From an uncultured Oscillospiraceae bacterium (GTDB taxonomy: Bacteria > Bacillota > Clostridia > Oscillospirales > Ruminococcaceae): a stretch of 64,000 nucleotides of DNA. Positions within the stretch are counted from its first letter, which is position 1. The number at the start of each line of letters is the position of its first letter. The position numbers and the translations under genes were made by a program. The notes under the pieces are model-generated. The model had not been told where the DNA came from. It searched no databases and was given only the letters and a program-made list of their open reading frames with translations. Shown here piece by piece: positions 46,825-57,030 of the stretch. The stretch covers positions 71,003 to 135,002 of the forward strand of contig CAKSEY010000004.1 in the NCBI GenBank assembly GCA_934448295.1, in the 5' to 3' direction.

Positions 46825-47966
46825 ATTCTGCCGTATTTTGCCGCAACGTGCTCTTCGGCGGCCTTCTGGGTTTCGAGAATATCGTCAAGGGTCGGTTCTG
46901 CGATAAACCTTACGGAATCCAGCGCTCCGCCGACTGCTTCGCCGATATCCAGGAACCCGATCTTCCTGTTCAGGAAAAGAGCGACTGCGGCCTCGTTCGC
47001 CGAATTAACAGCGCAGGGAGCGTTTCCCTCCATAGAAATAGCACGTTTTGCCGCCGCCAGGCAGGAGAATGTTTCTTCGTCCGCCCTGCCGAATGTGAGC
47101 TGCCCGACATCGAAAAGCGAGAGTTTTTTCGCCGGGCTTGGCAGCCTTTTCGGGTAGGTCAGCGCAAGCTGAATCGGTATCCGCATATCCGCAGTGCCAA
47201 GCTGCGCGATCACCGCTCCGTCCTCAAACTCCACCGCCGAGTGGATTATACTCTGTCGGTGAACCACGATCTCCACCTGCTCCGGTCTGACATCGAACAG
47301 GCGCACCGCTTCGATCAGTTCCAGCCCTTTATTCATCAGCGTTGCGCTGTCGATGGTTATTTTGGTGCCCATGCTCCAGTTCGGGTGCTTCAGCGCCTGC
47401 TCCACCGTAACTCCGCGGAGCTCGTCTCGGGTTTTCCCGTAGAAAGGACCGCCGGAAGCCGTAAGGAGTATTTTTGTCGGAAGATTCTCTCCCGCGCCCA
47501 TCAGGCACTGGAATATCGCGGAATGCTCGCTGTCTATCGGCAGGAGCTTCACGCCGTTCCTGCGCACGCATTCCGTCACCAGTTTTCCGCCTGCCACAAG
47601 AGTTTCCTTGTTCGCAAGGGCAATATCGTTGCCTGCCTTTGCTGCCTCCAGCGTGGGGAGAAGACCCACCATACCAACGACCGAGTTCACGACGGCGTGA
47701 CACTCCAGCCGGGCAAGCTGGCATAAGCCCTCCATTCCCGCCACGACTTTGATGTCAGTATCCGCGAGTCTCTGCCTGATATCCGGGTACGCGTCCTCGC
47801 TGTAAACGCAGACGTATTCCGGCAGGAACTCCCGCGCCTGCCGTTCAAGCAGACCAGTATTCCGGTTAGCGGACAACGCCCGCACTCCTATATTATGCTG
47901 GCGGCAGACATCTAATGTCTGCGTGCCGATGGAACCAGTCGAGCCAAGTAATACTATTTTCTTCAT
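46821..47966 (-). CDS. dxr: 1-deoxy-D-xylulose 5-phosphate reductoisomerase
   Basis: Start reassigned to ATG 47966. NADPH-binding N-terminus MKKIVLLGSTGSIGTQTLDV. Confidence 0.95.
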   Translation of the reverse strand: MKKIVLLGSTGSIGTQTLDVCRQHNIGVRALSANRNTGLLERQAREFLPEYVCVYSEDAYPDIRQRLADTDIKVVAGMEGLCQLARLECHAVVNSVVGMVGLLPTLEAAKAGNDIALANKETLVAGGKLVTECVRRNGVKLLPIDSEHSAIFQCLMGAGENLPTKILLTASGGPFYGKTRDELRGVTVEQALKHPNWSMGTKITIDSATLMNKGLELIEAVRLFDVRPEQVEIVVHRQSIIHSAVEFEDGAVIAQLGTADMRIPIQLALTYPKRLPSPAKKLSLFDVGQLTFGRADEETFSCLAAAKRAISMEGNAPCAVNSANEAAVALFLNRKIGFLDIGEAVGGALDSVRFIAEPTLDDILETQKAAEEHVAAKYGRI

Positions 47967-48046
47967 GACAAAGCAGTCTATACTCCTTAAAACTTCCCTG
48001 AACAAAACCACCCATTCACAGCGCGTGAATGGGTAGTCAGATTTAA

Positions 48047-48883
48047 TCAGGCATAGATCAGTCCGCCCAGGAAGCTGAGCAGGACATACAGGAACGGCGC
48101 AGTCATAATAACACTGTCGAATCGGTCGAGAACACCGCCGTGTCCGGGCATGATATTTCCGAAATCCTTCACATTGTACTCACGCTTGATCACGGAGGCG
48201 GAGAGGTCTCCCACAACCCCGACAAGCGACGCGAGCATGGAGAACGGAACAAGAACCGCATAGCTGAGCTGGTGCTCCGTCAGAATGAAGGTGTTATAGA
48301 TGAAAACGGTTATCGCCGTAACAATGCCGACGGTAATAATGCCGCCGACAAGCCCCTCCACAGTCTTTTTTGGACTGATAAGCGGGCACAGCTTGTGCTT
48401 TCCGAGGAATGTACCTACAAAATATGCGCCGGAATCTCCGAACCAGGCACAGAAAAGCACGAAAAGGATCGTGAATATGCCCAGCGGCTTTCCGCACTCC
48501 GAGTACCTCAGCAGAACCATCGAGCTCATCGCCACCGGAAGCAGTCCCCCGGCAGCACCGCAGGCAAGAACCTGCTCAAACCTGACAGTTTTATGCATTT
48601 TCAGCATGATCAGCGCAAGCACCAGCACATAGGCAAGCGCGGCCGGGACAGCCATTATTTTCAGCGGCTGTAAAATTATTATCACCGGGAACACCGCGCC
48701 GAATATAATGCAAACCCAGCGAAGGAGAGGGAATTTGTCGCACTTGATCGCACGGGTCAGTTCCCAGACGGCGACTGCCGAAAGAAACGCAATCGCAGCG
48801 GCATATACGAACACGTTATCCAAGAAAAGAATCGTGACTCCGATAACAATTCCAATGCCAGCGGAAATTAGCCTAACGCCCAT
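48047..48883 (-). CDS. cdsA: Phosphatidate cytidylyltransferase
   Basis: Polytopic CTP-transferase-1 family with signature ...GDLSASVIKREYNVKDFGNIMPGHGGVLDRFDS. Confidence 0.85.
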   Translation of the reverse strand: MGVRLISAGIGIVIGVTILFLDNVFVYAAAIAFLSAVAVWELTRAIKCDKFPLLRWVCIIFGAVFPVIIILQPLKIMAVPAALAYVLVLALIMLKMHKTVRFEQVLACGAAGGLLPVAMSSMVLLRYSECGKPLGIFTILFVLFCAWFGDSGAYFVGTFLGKHKLCPLISPKKTVEGLVGGIITVGIVTAITVFIYNTFILTEHQLSYAVLVPFSMLASLVGVVGDLSASVIKREYNVKDFGNIMPGHGGVLDRFDSVIMTAPFLYVLLSFLGGLIYA

Positions 48884-48904
48884 AGAATACCCTCTCTTCT
48901 GAAA

Positions 48905-49609
48905 CTACACCCCGCCGAAGCGCCTGTCACGGTCATTGAAAACCTGAATCGCGTATTCCAGATGTTTTTTTGTGAAATCAGGCCAGAGAACGTCCATAAA
49001 GACGAACTCCGCATACGCCGCCTGCCATATCATAAAGTTCGACAGTCTTTGCTCACCGCTTGGTCTGATGATCATATCAAGGGGCGGCATTTCAGCGGTA
49101 TAAAGCAGATTTTCAACCGCGCTCTCGGTGATGTCCTCCGGGGAGATGTCGCCGGAAACAGCTTTTTCAGCCAGAATCCTCGCGGCGCGGGTGATTTCGT
49201 CCCTGCCGCCGTAGTTCAGCGCAACCCCTGCGATAAACCCAGTATTCCCGACCGTTGACGACTGAATATCCAGCAGCTCCGTCGTGATATCCTCGGGAAG
49301 CCCGGTGATGTCACCCAGGAAAATAAACCTGATATCCTCCCTGGCGGCTGCCCTGATATCCTTGATATACTGCCTCAGCAGGTTCATTATTCCATTGACC
49401 TCTTCAGCCGGGCGCTTCCAGTTTTCGGTAGAAAATGCATAAAACGTCACGCATTTAATTCCGAGCTCCCTCGCCCAGTTGATAGTCTTTTTGAAAACGG
49501 CAGCGCCCTGCTTATGACCGAAATTCCGCGGAAGCCCGCGCTTTTTTGCCCATCTGCCATTTCCGTCCATAATAATCCCGACATGCGCGGGGACGGTATA
49601 ATCAGCCAT
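48905..49609 (-). CDS. uppS: Undecaprenyl diphosphate synthase
   Basis: cis-prenyltransferase motifs HVGIIMDGNGRWA and FSTENW. Confidence 0.95.
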   Translation of the reverse strand: MADYTVPAHVGIIMDGNGRWAKKRGLPRNFGHKQGAAVFKKTINWARELGIKCVTFYAFSTENWKRPAEEVNGIMNLLRQYIKDIRAAAREDIRFIFLGDITGLPEDITTELLDIQSSTVGNTGFIAGVALNYGGRDEITRAARILAEKAVSGDISPEDITESAVENLLYTAEMPPLDMIIRPSGEQRLSNFMIWQAAYAEFVFMDVLWPDFTKKHLEYAIQVFNDRDRRFGGV

Positions 49610-50163
49610 CAGATGGACATGATCTCCTTGTCCTTGTCAGCGCCCACCGCTTCAATATTCTCGATATACTTATCGGTGAGCTTCTGGATGTTCTTCTCTG
49701 CTTCCTTTAAATCGTCCTCGGTGATCTCGCTGTTCTTCTTCTTTGCCTTGAGCTTGTCAAGCGCGTCGCGGCGAACGTTGCGGACAGCTACCTTGCTCTC
49801 CTCGCAGATCTTGCTGACCTGCTTGCAGAGTTCCTTTCTGCGATCCTCGGTGAGCTGCGGGAATGCAATGCGCAGAACTCTGCCGTCATTGGTGGGGTTT
49901 ATTCCCAGGTCGGAAGCCTGGATAGCCTTTTCGATGGACTTCAGCGTGGAAGCGTCAAACGGCTGTACCACTAGTATTCTTGCCTCAGAAACGGAGATGG
50001 AAGCCATCTGGTTTACCGGAGTCTGAGCTCCGTAGTAGTCAACTGTGATCCTGTCGAGCACGGCGGGATTCGCACGGCCTGCGCGGATCGTTGCAAGCTC
50101 GCTTTCAAGCGCGGTCACGCACTTGCCCATCTTTTCCTTGGTCTTGTCGAGAATTTCTTTCAT
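49609..50163 (-). CDS. frr: Ribosome recycling factor
   Basis: 184-aa RRF with conserved LSEERR-type motif (LTEDRRKEL). Confidence 0.95.
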   Translation of the reverse strand: MKEILDKTKEKMGKCVTALESELATIRAGRANPAVLDRITVDYYGAQTPVNQMASISVSEARILVVQPFDASTLKSIEKAIQASDLGINPTNDGRVLRIAFPQLTEDRRKELCKQVSKICEESKVAVRNVRRDALDKLKAKKKNSEITEDDLKEAEKNIQKLTDKYIENIEAVGADKDKEIMSI

Positions 50164-50184
50164 AACGGCACCTCTTTCGTGATA

Positions 50185-50913
50185 TTACTGGGGCTTATGC
50201 TTTGTAACGAGCGTTCCGACAGTTTTGCCCATAACGGCGTCATAGATGTTGTCGGGACGGTTCAGGTCAAATACAATTATAGGAATGTTGTTTTCAGTGC
50301 AGATAGCGGCAGCGGCGCTGTCCATTACCTGGAGCTTCTTTACAAGAATGTCGTGATGCGTGATTACATCATACTTCACCGCGTCAGGGAACTTCTTCGG
50401 ATCCTTGTCGTAGATTCCGTCCACCATCGTTGCTTTCAGCAGCATATCGGCGTTCAGCTCAGCCGCGCGGAGAGCCGCCGCGCTGTCCGTTGAGAAGAAC
50501 GGGTTGCCGGTTCCGCAACCGAAAATCACTACCCTGCCCTTTTCAAGATGGCGGATAGCCTTGCCGAGAATAAACGGCTCGGCAACCTGCTGCATTGTGA
50601 TGGCGGTCTGTACTCTGACCGCGCAGCCCTGCTTTTCAAGCACGTCAGCAACTGCAAGTGCGTTCATTGCAGTCGCAAGCATACCAATATGGTCTGCCCT
50701 TGCTCTGTCCATGCCCTCGGAGCTTCTTCCGCGCCAGAAATTTCCGCCGCCGACTACTATGCCGATCTCCGCGCCTGCGTCAACGCACTTCTTTATGCTG
50801 GCGCAGATATTCTCGATGGTGGGAATATCCAGCCCGCTCCCCTTATCGCCGGAGAGCGCCTCGCCGCTTAATTTAAGAAGTACGCGCTTATACTTCGGAG
50901 TCTCTGTTTCCAT
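50185..50913 (-). CDS. pyrH: UMP kinase
   Basis: Start reassigned to ATG 50913 (GGAGGA RBS). Amino-acid-kinase fold with LLKLSGEAL. Confidence 0.95.
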   Translation of the reverse strand: METETPKYKRVLLKLSGEALSGDKGSGLDIPTIENICASIKKCVDAGAEIGIVVGGGNFWRGRSSEGMDRARADHIGMLATAMNALAVADVLEKQGCAVRVQTAITMQQVAEPFILGKAIRHLEKGRVVIFGCGTGNPFFSTDSAAALRAAELNADMLLKATMVDGIYDKDPKKFPDAVKYDVITHHDILVKKLQVMDSAAAAICTENNIPIIVFDLNRPDNIYDAVMGKTVGTLVTKHKPQ

Positions 50914-50959
50914 TTCGTTTCCTCCAAAAAAATCTATCAAACCATGCACCTGTGCGGTA

Positions 50960-52201
50960 TCAGTAATCAAGGACGCGGATCCTGCCGAGAATCTCAGCGC
51001 CGTCAGCGACCTTATCCATTGCAGAAACGGTGTCCTTTTCGGTCATTACATCAGTGATGAAAGCAAGCTCGTTCTCGGGCTGGTTCTTTCTGGAAAGATA
51101 TGTTACCTCGCCGAACAGAGCCTTGATGACAGCCTTGGTGACCTCGACATTTTTGGAAGCAAGTCTGATGTAGCTTGCGCTCCTGAACTCGCTGAAATCG
51201 TTGATAAAGTCCTGCGCGCTGTCTACCCATGTAAGAGACCTGCTGGTGCCGGAGTGCTTTACAGCGGAAACTATATCGGCAACTACCGCGCTGGCAGTCG
51301 GGAGCTTACCCGCCCCCTTGCCGTAGAACACAACGTCGCCTGTTGCGTCGCCGCGGACAAGTATCGCGTTGAACACGTCGTTAACGCCCGCAAGCTGGCT
51401 CTCGTCCCTGATAACCGCCGGGAATACGCCGATGGAGATCTTGCCTGCCTCCTCGCGCTTTGCACAGCCGATAAGCTTTATCTTGCAGTCGGCGCTGTCG
51501 CAGTATGCAACGTCCTCGAGGGTTATCTTTGTGATACCCTCGGTGTGTACGCTGTCGGGATAAACGTGCTTTCCGAACGCAAGGGAAGCCAGAATGCATA
51601 TCTTGCGGCACGCGTCATGACCGTCAACGTCAGCGGAGGGGTTGCGCTCTGCATAGCCCAGCTCCTGAGCGATTTTAAGCGCCTTTTCGAAGTCCATGCC
51701 GTCGCGGATCATCTTGGTGAGAATAAAGTTGGTGGTACCGTTCAGGATACCTGCGATCTCGTCGATCTCATTGGCGGAAAGGCAGGCATGGAGCGGCTTG
51801 ATTATGGGGATACCGCCGCCGACGCTTGCTTCAAAAAAGAAGTTCACGTTCTTCTCCTTGGCAACGGCGAGAAGCTCCGCGCCCTTTGCCGCAACAAGCT
51901 CCTTGTTGGAGGTAACTACGCTCTTGCCGGCTTCCAGGGAGGACTTCACGAAATCGTAGGAGGGCTTGAGTCCGCCGATGACCTCGGCAACGACAGTGAC
52001 CTCGGGGTCGTTCAGGATCACGTTGAAGTCCTTTACGAACTTATCTTTGTAGGGGCTGTCATTGAAATCACGGACGTCAAGAATGTACTTGATATCCATT
52101 TCCTGTCCTGCTTTTTTCTCAAGGCTCTCCTTGTTTTTATAGAAAACCTCGACTGTGCCTGAGCCGACAACGCCGTAACCCAGAACCGCGATCTTAGCCA
52201 T
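50960..52201 (-). CDS. hom: Homoserine dehydrogenase (with C-terminal ACT domain)
   Basis: Start reassigned to ATG 52201 (GAAAGGAAG RBS). NAD-binding motif [13 protein letters not shown]. Confidence 0.9.
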   Translation of the reverse strand: MAKIAVLGYGVVGSGTVEVFYKNKESLEKKAGQEMDIKYILDVRDFNDSPYKDKFVKDFNVILNDPEVTVVAEVIGGLKPSYDFVKSSLEAGKSVVTSNKELVAAKGAELLAVAKEKNVNFFFEASVGGGIPIIKPLHACLSANEIDEIAGILNGTTNFILTKMIRDGMDFEKALKIAQELGYAERNPSADVDGHDACRKICILASLAFGKHVYPDSVHTEGITKITLEDVAYCDSADCKIKLIGCAKREEAGKISIGVFPAVIRDESQLAGVNDVFNAILVRGDATGDVVFYGKGAGKLPTASAVVADIVSAVKHSGTSRSLTWVDSAQDFINDFSEFRSASYIRLASKNVEVTKAVIKALFGEVTYLSRKNQPENELAFITDVMTEKDTVSAMDKVADGAEILGRIRVLDY

Positions 52202-52413
52202 AATCAACTTCCTTTCGATATGCGGCGCACTGCGCCGCACGAGCATTCATGCGGGCGGACTGGCAATGCTGTCAGTTTGACCCGCTGACTGCTCTAATAA
52301 ATTCTGTCAGGAAAACAACAGTCTGTGAATTCCCCGCCTGCCTAACGCTAACACGCACAGCAAGGCTTTCCGGAACCTGCGCACACCGCCGTTCTCTTTC
52401 TATTATCCATAAT

Positions 52414-52442
52414 ATTATAGCACATTAACATAATTATTGCAA
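52414..52442 (-). promoter_or_regulatory. Sigma-A promoter for hom, followed by a ~210-nt leader
   Basis: TTGCAA-17 nt-TATAAT on the minus strand, 37 nt downstream of the aldo/keto reductase stop. Confidence 0.5.
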
Positions 52443-52478
52443 GTAGTTTTTTATCACCCGCGCAGAAATATACGAAAT

Positions 52479-53474
52479 TTATTCTGCAAGAACATCTTCA
52501 ATGGCTTTCAGTTCTTCCTGAGTGAAATCCAGATTCTGGACAGCGGCAGCGTTTTCTACGATCTGTTCCGGGCGGGAGGCTCCTATTAGCACGGTAGCGA
52601 CCTTCCCACCGCGCAGGCACCAGGAAATAGCCATCTGGGACAGCTTCTGACCTCTAGCGGCGGCGATATCGTTCAGCCTCCTGACTTTGGATAGCCTTTC
52701 CTCGCTGACCTCGTTCGCTATCCATGTCCTGCCCTTCCCTATCCTGGAATCCGTCGGTATACCTTTCAGATACCTGTCGGTGAGAAGTCCCTGGTAAAGC
52801 GGCTGGAACACGGCAAGCCCTATCCCCTGAGCCTTGGCGAAATCCCGCAGTCCGTCGCTCTCTATCCAGCGGTTGAACATTGAGTAGCTCGGCTGATTCA
52901 CCACGAACGGCGTGCGAAGCTCCCGGAATATTTTCATTATCCCGGCGGTCTGCTCCCTGTTGTAGTTGGAGATCCCCACATACAGCGCCTTTCCCTGCTT
53001 CACAGCATTGTCCAGGGCAAGCGCGGTTTCCTCCAACGGAGTGTTCGGGTCGAAGATGTGATGGTAGTAGATGTCAACGTAATCCAGCTTCATGCGCTTC
53101 AGCGACTGGTCAAGGGAAGCCGTCAGGTACTTGCGGGAACCGTTTCTGTCGCCGTAGGGGCCGTCCCACATCTCAAAGCCAGCTTTTGTGGAGATTATAA
53201 GCTCGTCGCGGTAGGGGCGCAGACCCCGGTCGAGGATCCTGCCGAAATTTTCCTCCGCAGAGCCGTTATACGGATTGCCGTAATTGTTCGCCGCGTCAAT
53301 GTAAGTTATGCCGAGGTCGAACGCGGTGCGCACCATTGCCTCCATGTTGTCGAAGCTGTCCTTGTGGCTGAAATTCTGCCAGATTCCCAGCGATACAGCC
53401 GGGAGCTTTAGACCGCTGTTTCCGCAGCGGTTGTATACCATTTTTTCGTAGCGGTGTTCGTTTGGTGTGTACAA
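52479..53474 (-). CDS. Aldo/keto reductase (YghZ/Tas-like)
   Basis: AKR (beta/alpha)8 motifs including ...LGIWQNF and IDAANNYG. Confidence 0.9.
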   Translation of the reverse strand: MYTPNEHRYEKMVYNRCGNSGLKLPAVSLGIWQNFSHKDSFDNMEAMVRTAFDLGITYIDAANNYGNPYNGSAEENFGRILDRGLRPYRDELIISTKAGFEMWDGPYGDRNGSRKYLTASLDQSLKRMKLDYVDIYYHHIFDPNTPLEETALALDNAVKQGKALYVGISNYNREQTAGIMKIFRELRTPFVVNQPSYSMFNRWIESDGLRDFAKAQGIGLAVFQPLYQGLLTDRYLKGIPTDSRIGKGRTWIANEVSEERLSKVRRLNDIAAARGQKLSQMAISWCLRGGKVATVLIGASRPEQIVENAAAVQNLDFTQEELKAIEDVLAE

Positions 53475-53537
53475 TTTCTGTTCCTCCTTTTTTTAATCAG
53501 TATAGCATATATAAGTGAAAAATACAAGTGCGTAATA

Positions 53538-53568
53538 TGAAAAATCTCCCGCCGCACCGGGCAGGAGA
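53538..53568 (-). terminator. Rho-independent terminator after the 60-aa gene
   Basis: tctcccgcc-N6-ggcaggaga followed on the minus RNA by a U-tract. Confidence 0.55.
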
Positions 53569-53577
53569 TTCATGAAC

Positions 53578-53760
53578 TTATACCTTTTCAAGCTCCTCCT
53601 CGCGGCAATAGTAGACTGCCGCCATACCGAAACCGTCCTCGTCGTCGCCGGTGTCGGTGTCGATGACGTAGGTCGTTTCTCCGCCTGCGCCGCTGATATC
53701 GGTGATCGTGCCGATAACTCCGGTTTTCTTTATTCTTACAGTGTCGTCCATCTTAAACAT
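53578..53760 (-). CDS. Small acidic hypothetical protein (60 aa)
   Basis: ORF with 2-nt spacing to the upstream ThuA-like gene and its own terminator. No family recognised. Confidence 0.4.
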   Translation of the reverse strand: MFKMDDTVRIKKTGVIGTITDISGAGGETTYVIDTDTGDDEDGFGMAAVYYCREEELEKV

Positions 53761-53762
53761 AG

Positions 53763-54476
53763 TTATACCTCCAAAGGCGCCGGATTAGTACATTCTATCT
53801 GCGAAGCGCCGGGTTCCGGCTTTGCCCAGTGCACCGCGTTCCCGATTATTCTCAGGACGTTTTTGTCCCTGAACGTCGGGTACTCCTCGTGACCCGGCTG
53901 GAAATAGAATATCCTGCCCGCGCCGCGCCGGTAGGTCACTCCGCTGCGGAACACCTCCCCGCCGGAAAACCAGCCCATGAAAACCACCTCGTCCGGGGTG
54001 GGAATGTCGAACGGTTCGCCGTACATTTCCTCCCGTGGAAGCTCAAAGTGCTCCGGAATACCCCGGGCTATCGGGTGGGAGGGCACCACCGTCCAGAGCC
54101 GCTCCCGGTCGCCGTGCCGCCATTTCAGGTTGCAGGAGGTCCCGCACAGTCTTTTGAACACCTTGCTGTGGTGCGCGGAATGAAGCCCTATAAAGCCCAT
54201 TCCCGCGTTTACCCGGCGGCACACGCGTTCAGCCGTTTCGTCAGAAACCTCGTCATGAGCCATGTGCCCCCACCAGATAAGAACGTCGGTCTGCGCGAGA
54301 GCTTCCTCGCTCAGCCCCTGCTGCGGGTCGTCAAGGCACGCTAGCCTTACAATCAACTCCTCGTCCTGCATGAGATAGGAGCCTATCGCCGCGTGGATCC
54401 CCTGGGGATATATCGCCGCGACCTCCTGCTGGCATTTTTCATGCCGGAATTCGTTCCAGATAAGTACGTTGATCAC
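53763..54476 (-). CDS. ThuA-like (trehalose-utilisation / class-I glutamine-amidotransferase-like) protein
   Basis: ThuA signature region VLIWNEF...[14 protein letters not shown]...GFIGLHSAH. Confidence 0.8.
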   Translation of the reverse strand: MINVLIWNEFRHEKCQQEVAAIYPQGIHAAIGSYLMQDEELIVRLACLDDPQQGLSEEALAQTDVLIWWGHMAHDEVSDETAERVCRRVNAGMGFIGLHSAHHSKVFKRLCGTSCNLKWRHGDRERLWTVVPSHPIARGIPEHFELPREEMYGEPFDIPTPDEVVFMGWFSGGEVFRSGVTYRRGAGRIFYFQPGHEEYPTFRDKNVLRIIGNAVHWAKPEPGASQIECTNPAPLEV

Positions 54477-54477
54477 T

Positions 54478-55311
54478 TTACACCTCCGAAAGCCAGCGCT
54501 TTACGTTCTCCGCTGAACGGCGCATATACTCCGTCTGGTCCACCGCGCCGAAGTGCTCGACTGAGAAGTCCCCGGAATAGCCGCTCCGCGCCAGCTCCTT
54601 TACTAGCGGTTCTATACCGATATATCCGCCGCCCGTTTCGCACGGGTACATTATTTCCCCGGAAATATCCGCCTTTGCATTCTTTCCGTCCCTGTCGGCG
54701 CGGGAGCTGTCGCGGCTGCGGGCTTTCAGGTGGACGTGGGATATCCTGCCGCGCAGAAGCTTGCAGGCTTCCGCAGCGCTTTCCCTGACATACGCGAAAT
54801 TTCCGGTATCCAACGTAAAGCGAAGCCCCGGCGCTCCCTCAAAAAGCCGGGAAAGCCCCGCGATATTGCAGCAGGGGGAATTCAGGTCGTCGAAGTCCTC
54901 CACCGTGACCGTTATGCCGCGCTCCGCCGCAAGTTCCGTCAGCTTCTGGAGCTGTTCGGCGCACCTGTCGAAAACGCAGTCCCGGTCGTCCCCGGGCTGG
55001 AAAAAACCGGGTATCGCCATGATTTTATCAGCGCCGAAAAGCTCTGCGGCCTCAAGGTGGGCTTTCATCTTTTCAAGGGACTGGGATTCCGCGTCATGCG
55101 GGAAGTCGTACCACGAATAGATCGAAGCCGCTTTCATTCCGCAGCGTTCAAACAGCGCCTTGGTTTCAGCCCCGGCGGATAATCTCCACAGGTCGCACTC
55201 CAGACCGAAATAGCCCATTTCATGCGCCTCGCAGAGCATTTGCTCCAGCGGGATACCGCGCTGAGCGCAGGCTTCGTATATGTGCTCCAGAAAAATGTTG
55301 ATTCTGTTCAT
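54478..55311 (-). CDS. Sugar phosphate isomerase/epimerase (xylose-isomerase-like TIM barrel)
   Basis: Start reassigned to ATG 55311 (GGAGAGG RBS). AP-endonuclease-2/TIM-barrel pattern with conserved HxD/E positions. Confidence 0.8.
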   Translation of the reverse strand: MNRINIFLEHIYEACAQRGIPLEQMLCEAHEMGYFGLECDLWRLSAGAETKALFERCGMKAASIYSWYDFPHDAESQSLEKMKAHLEAAELFGADKIMAIPGFFQPGDDRDCVFDRCAEQLQKLTELAAERGITVTVEDFDDLNSPCCNIAGLSRLFEGAPGLRFTLDTGNFAYVRESAAEACKLLRGRISHVHLKARSRDSSRADRDGKNAKADISGEIMYPCETGGGYIGIEPLVKELARSGYSGDFSVEHFGAVDQTEYMRRSAENVKRWLSEV

Positions 55312-55380
55312 GAAATATCCTCTCCTGACAATTCTTCTATAATTATAGAGCAACCCGCCGGAAAATGCAATAGCTTTTTG

Positions 55381-55418
55381 CAAAAAGAAAAATAGCACTG
55401 CGGAACAAACCACAGTGC
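55381..55418 (-). terminator. Terminator hairpin (copy 1 of a 24-nt direct repeat)
   Basis: gcactg-cggaacaaacca-cagtgc followed on the minus RNA by UAUUUUUCUUUUUG. Confidence 0.45.
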
Positions 55419-55578
55419 ACCAGACTGTCGATAAACCGCCATCTGCGTCGTCACTCCGCATGACGGCAGGCACAAAGCCTAGCCGTCATGCGGGTTCCTA
55501 GCATCTGACGATTTCTCGCCAGTCTGGGGAAGATACTTTTTTCGACAAGCTGACGCACTGCCGAACAAACCACAGTGC
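55395..55578. repeat. Composite structured element: two 24-nt hairpin direct repeats flanking nested inverted repeats
   Basis: Direct repeats gcactgcSgaacaaaccacagtgc at 55395-55418 and 55555-55578. Inner 12-bp perfect inverted repeat ccgcatgacggc/gccgtcatgcgg, outer ccagactg/cagtctgg, and a ctgtcgataaaccgcc motif shared with 20433 and 22296. Confidence 0.4.
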
Positions 55579-55586
55579 GCGTATTT

Positions 55587-55994
55587 TCAAATCTCTTTCC
55601 TGGTGAGCCTGTTCACCGCAAGGAATACCAGAGTGATCCACACGGAGCCCGTCGCTATAAAAATCGGATAAAACGGCGAGATTATCAGCACTACTGGAGA
55701 ATATCCGGCATGCCAGCGCATATATTCGAAGCCGCCGCATACCGCGCCGACTATCAGCGCCGCAGCCAGAGCCGGCAGAAGCACCGCCAGCACATAATGC
55801 CTGAAGCAGGCGCCGCGCCTTGATTCAGCGCCGCGCTCCATTATCGACAGGAACACGCTGAACCCAGCCGCCGCAAGCCCCCAGACTATCGCGCCCGGAA
55901 CCGACGTCCACATAAACAGCCCGACCAGGAGCAGAATACTCTGACCGAACAGGTTCACAAAAGCGTCAAAAATGTATGTGCGTGCCAGCTTCAT
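55587..55994 (-). CDS. Hypothetical integral membrane protein (4 TM)
   Basis: Hydrophobic 135-aa ORF between the BSH-family gene and the repeat element. Confidence 0.5.
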   Translation of the reverse strand: MKLARTYIFDAFVNLFGQSILLLVGLFMWTSVPGAIVWGLAAAGFSVFLSIMERGAESRRGACFRHYVLAVLLPALAAALIVGAVCGGFEYMRWHAGYSPVVLIISPFYPIFIATGSVWITLVFLAVNRLTRKEI

Positions 55995-56011
55995 AATGCA
56001 CCTCCAAAATC

Positions 56012-56986
56012 TCAGTTCTGCCAGAGAATGTCCTCTTTCTGGAGCATGGGGTAACGCGCGAGCCTCTCGCCGTCAAGGTCGGCGCGGTGCATATCCACGG
56101 CGGTTATCCTGCGGTTGAGGTAGGTCGTGTAGTAATACACCCCGGTCTGCGCGTTCCAGCAGGAGGTGTAAATGGTGATCTCAAACTTACCCTCCGATAC
56201 CTCGCAGCAGCCGCGGGACTGCTCCACCGAGCCGAGAATGTGGAAGAACTGTCCCACGCTCTCCTCCTCTGACGAGCCGGAGCGCGCGTTCATCTTCGTG
56301 AATGCCACCCGGGCGAACCTTGAAGCGGAGGATAAGTCCCCAGGAAGTCCCAGGGCGCCCATTCCCCGGCTGTACTGCTTAAGCGGAAGCTTGTCGGAAA
56401 ACTGATTCTGCGGGTCTTTCGGCGACAGCTTCATATAGTTGTTGAGCATGAACATCTGCTGCTCAAAGGGCGGGTTGTTGGCCAGGACGCCTGCCGGGTC
56501 ATCATAGACATGAAGCCCGCTTTCGGTGGATTCCACAACGATAGCGCCGGATCTGTCCGCAATTATCCAGTGGAGCTGCGCCGCCGGGAAATCCCCGCTG
56601 AACGGCGTTCCGACTAGATTCATCGAGCCTATCAGCTCCCGAGCCTGCGAAATGTCGGCGCACTGTGAGAGCACCCACGGGATAAACTCAAACTGCGCCA
56701 CATTCCGCCTGCCGTCCTGCAAATCGGCGTAATGCGCGTTGCCAACGAAATTCAGCCCAGCCATGCCGAGACCCTTTTCGTTTACTGCGTCATAATAGAG
56801 CGGATAACCCTCCGCAATATGCGCCATTCCGATTATCGCGTAATGGCTGTCTAGGCTTACGTCATGCCGGAAATTGAACGGATAGTTCCGGGGAGTTACC
56901 GTTATTTCCTCGCCGTATGAAAATTCGTAGTCCAGCGTTCTGCCCATATAGAAACATTCCGTCTGGTAGGTTGCCGCCGTGCACAT
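56012..56986 (-). CDS. Choloylglycine hydrolase / linear amide C-N hydrolase (Ntn hydrolase; bile-salt-hydrolase / penicillin-V-acylase family)
   Basis: Start reassigned to ATG 56986 so that the nucleophile Cys is residue 2 (MCTAATY...). AAGGAG RBS; conserved Ntn-CGH residues. Confidence 0.85.
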   Translation of the reverse strand: MCTAATYQTECFYMGRTLDYEFSYGEEITVTPRNYPFNFRHDVSLDSHYAIIGMAHIAEGYPLYYDAVNEKGLGMAGLNFVGNAHYADLQDGRRNVAQFEFIPWVLSQCADISQARELIGSMNLVGTPFSGDFPAAQLHWIIADRSGAIVVESTESGLHVYDDPAGVLANNPPFEQQMFMLNNYMKLSPKDPQNQFSDKLPLKQYSRGMGALGLPGDLSSASRFARVAFTKMNARSGSSEEESVGQFFHILGSVEQSRGCCEVSEGKFEITIYTSCWNAQTGVYYYTTYLNRRITAVDMHRADLDGERLARYPMLQKEDILWQN

Positions 56987-57030
56987 TTCTATCACTCCTT
57001 TATACAAGTATTCCCTGTTTCATATAAAGT

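Noticed and set aside
50504-52162. 552-aa plus-strand ORF antisense to pyrH/hom
   Set aside because: Overlaps two well-supported minus-strand genes with RBSs. Artefact.
55395-55578. PurR PurBox interpretation of the repeated CCGAACAAA / CGGAACAAA sequences
   Set aside because: A PurBox-like CGAAC core is present. However, the copies are direct 24-nt hairpin repeats ~160 bp apart, not the inverted pair expected for PurR, and no purine gene is adjacent. Kept as a structural repeat instead.
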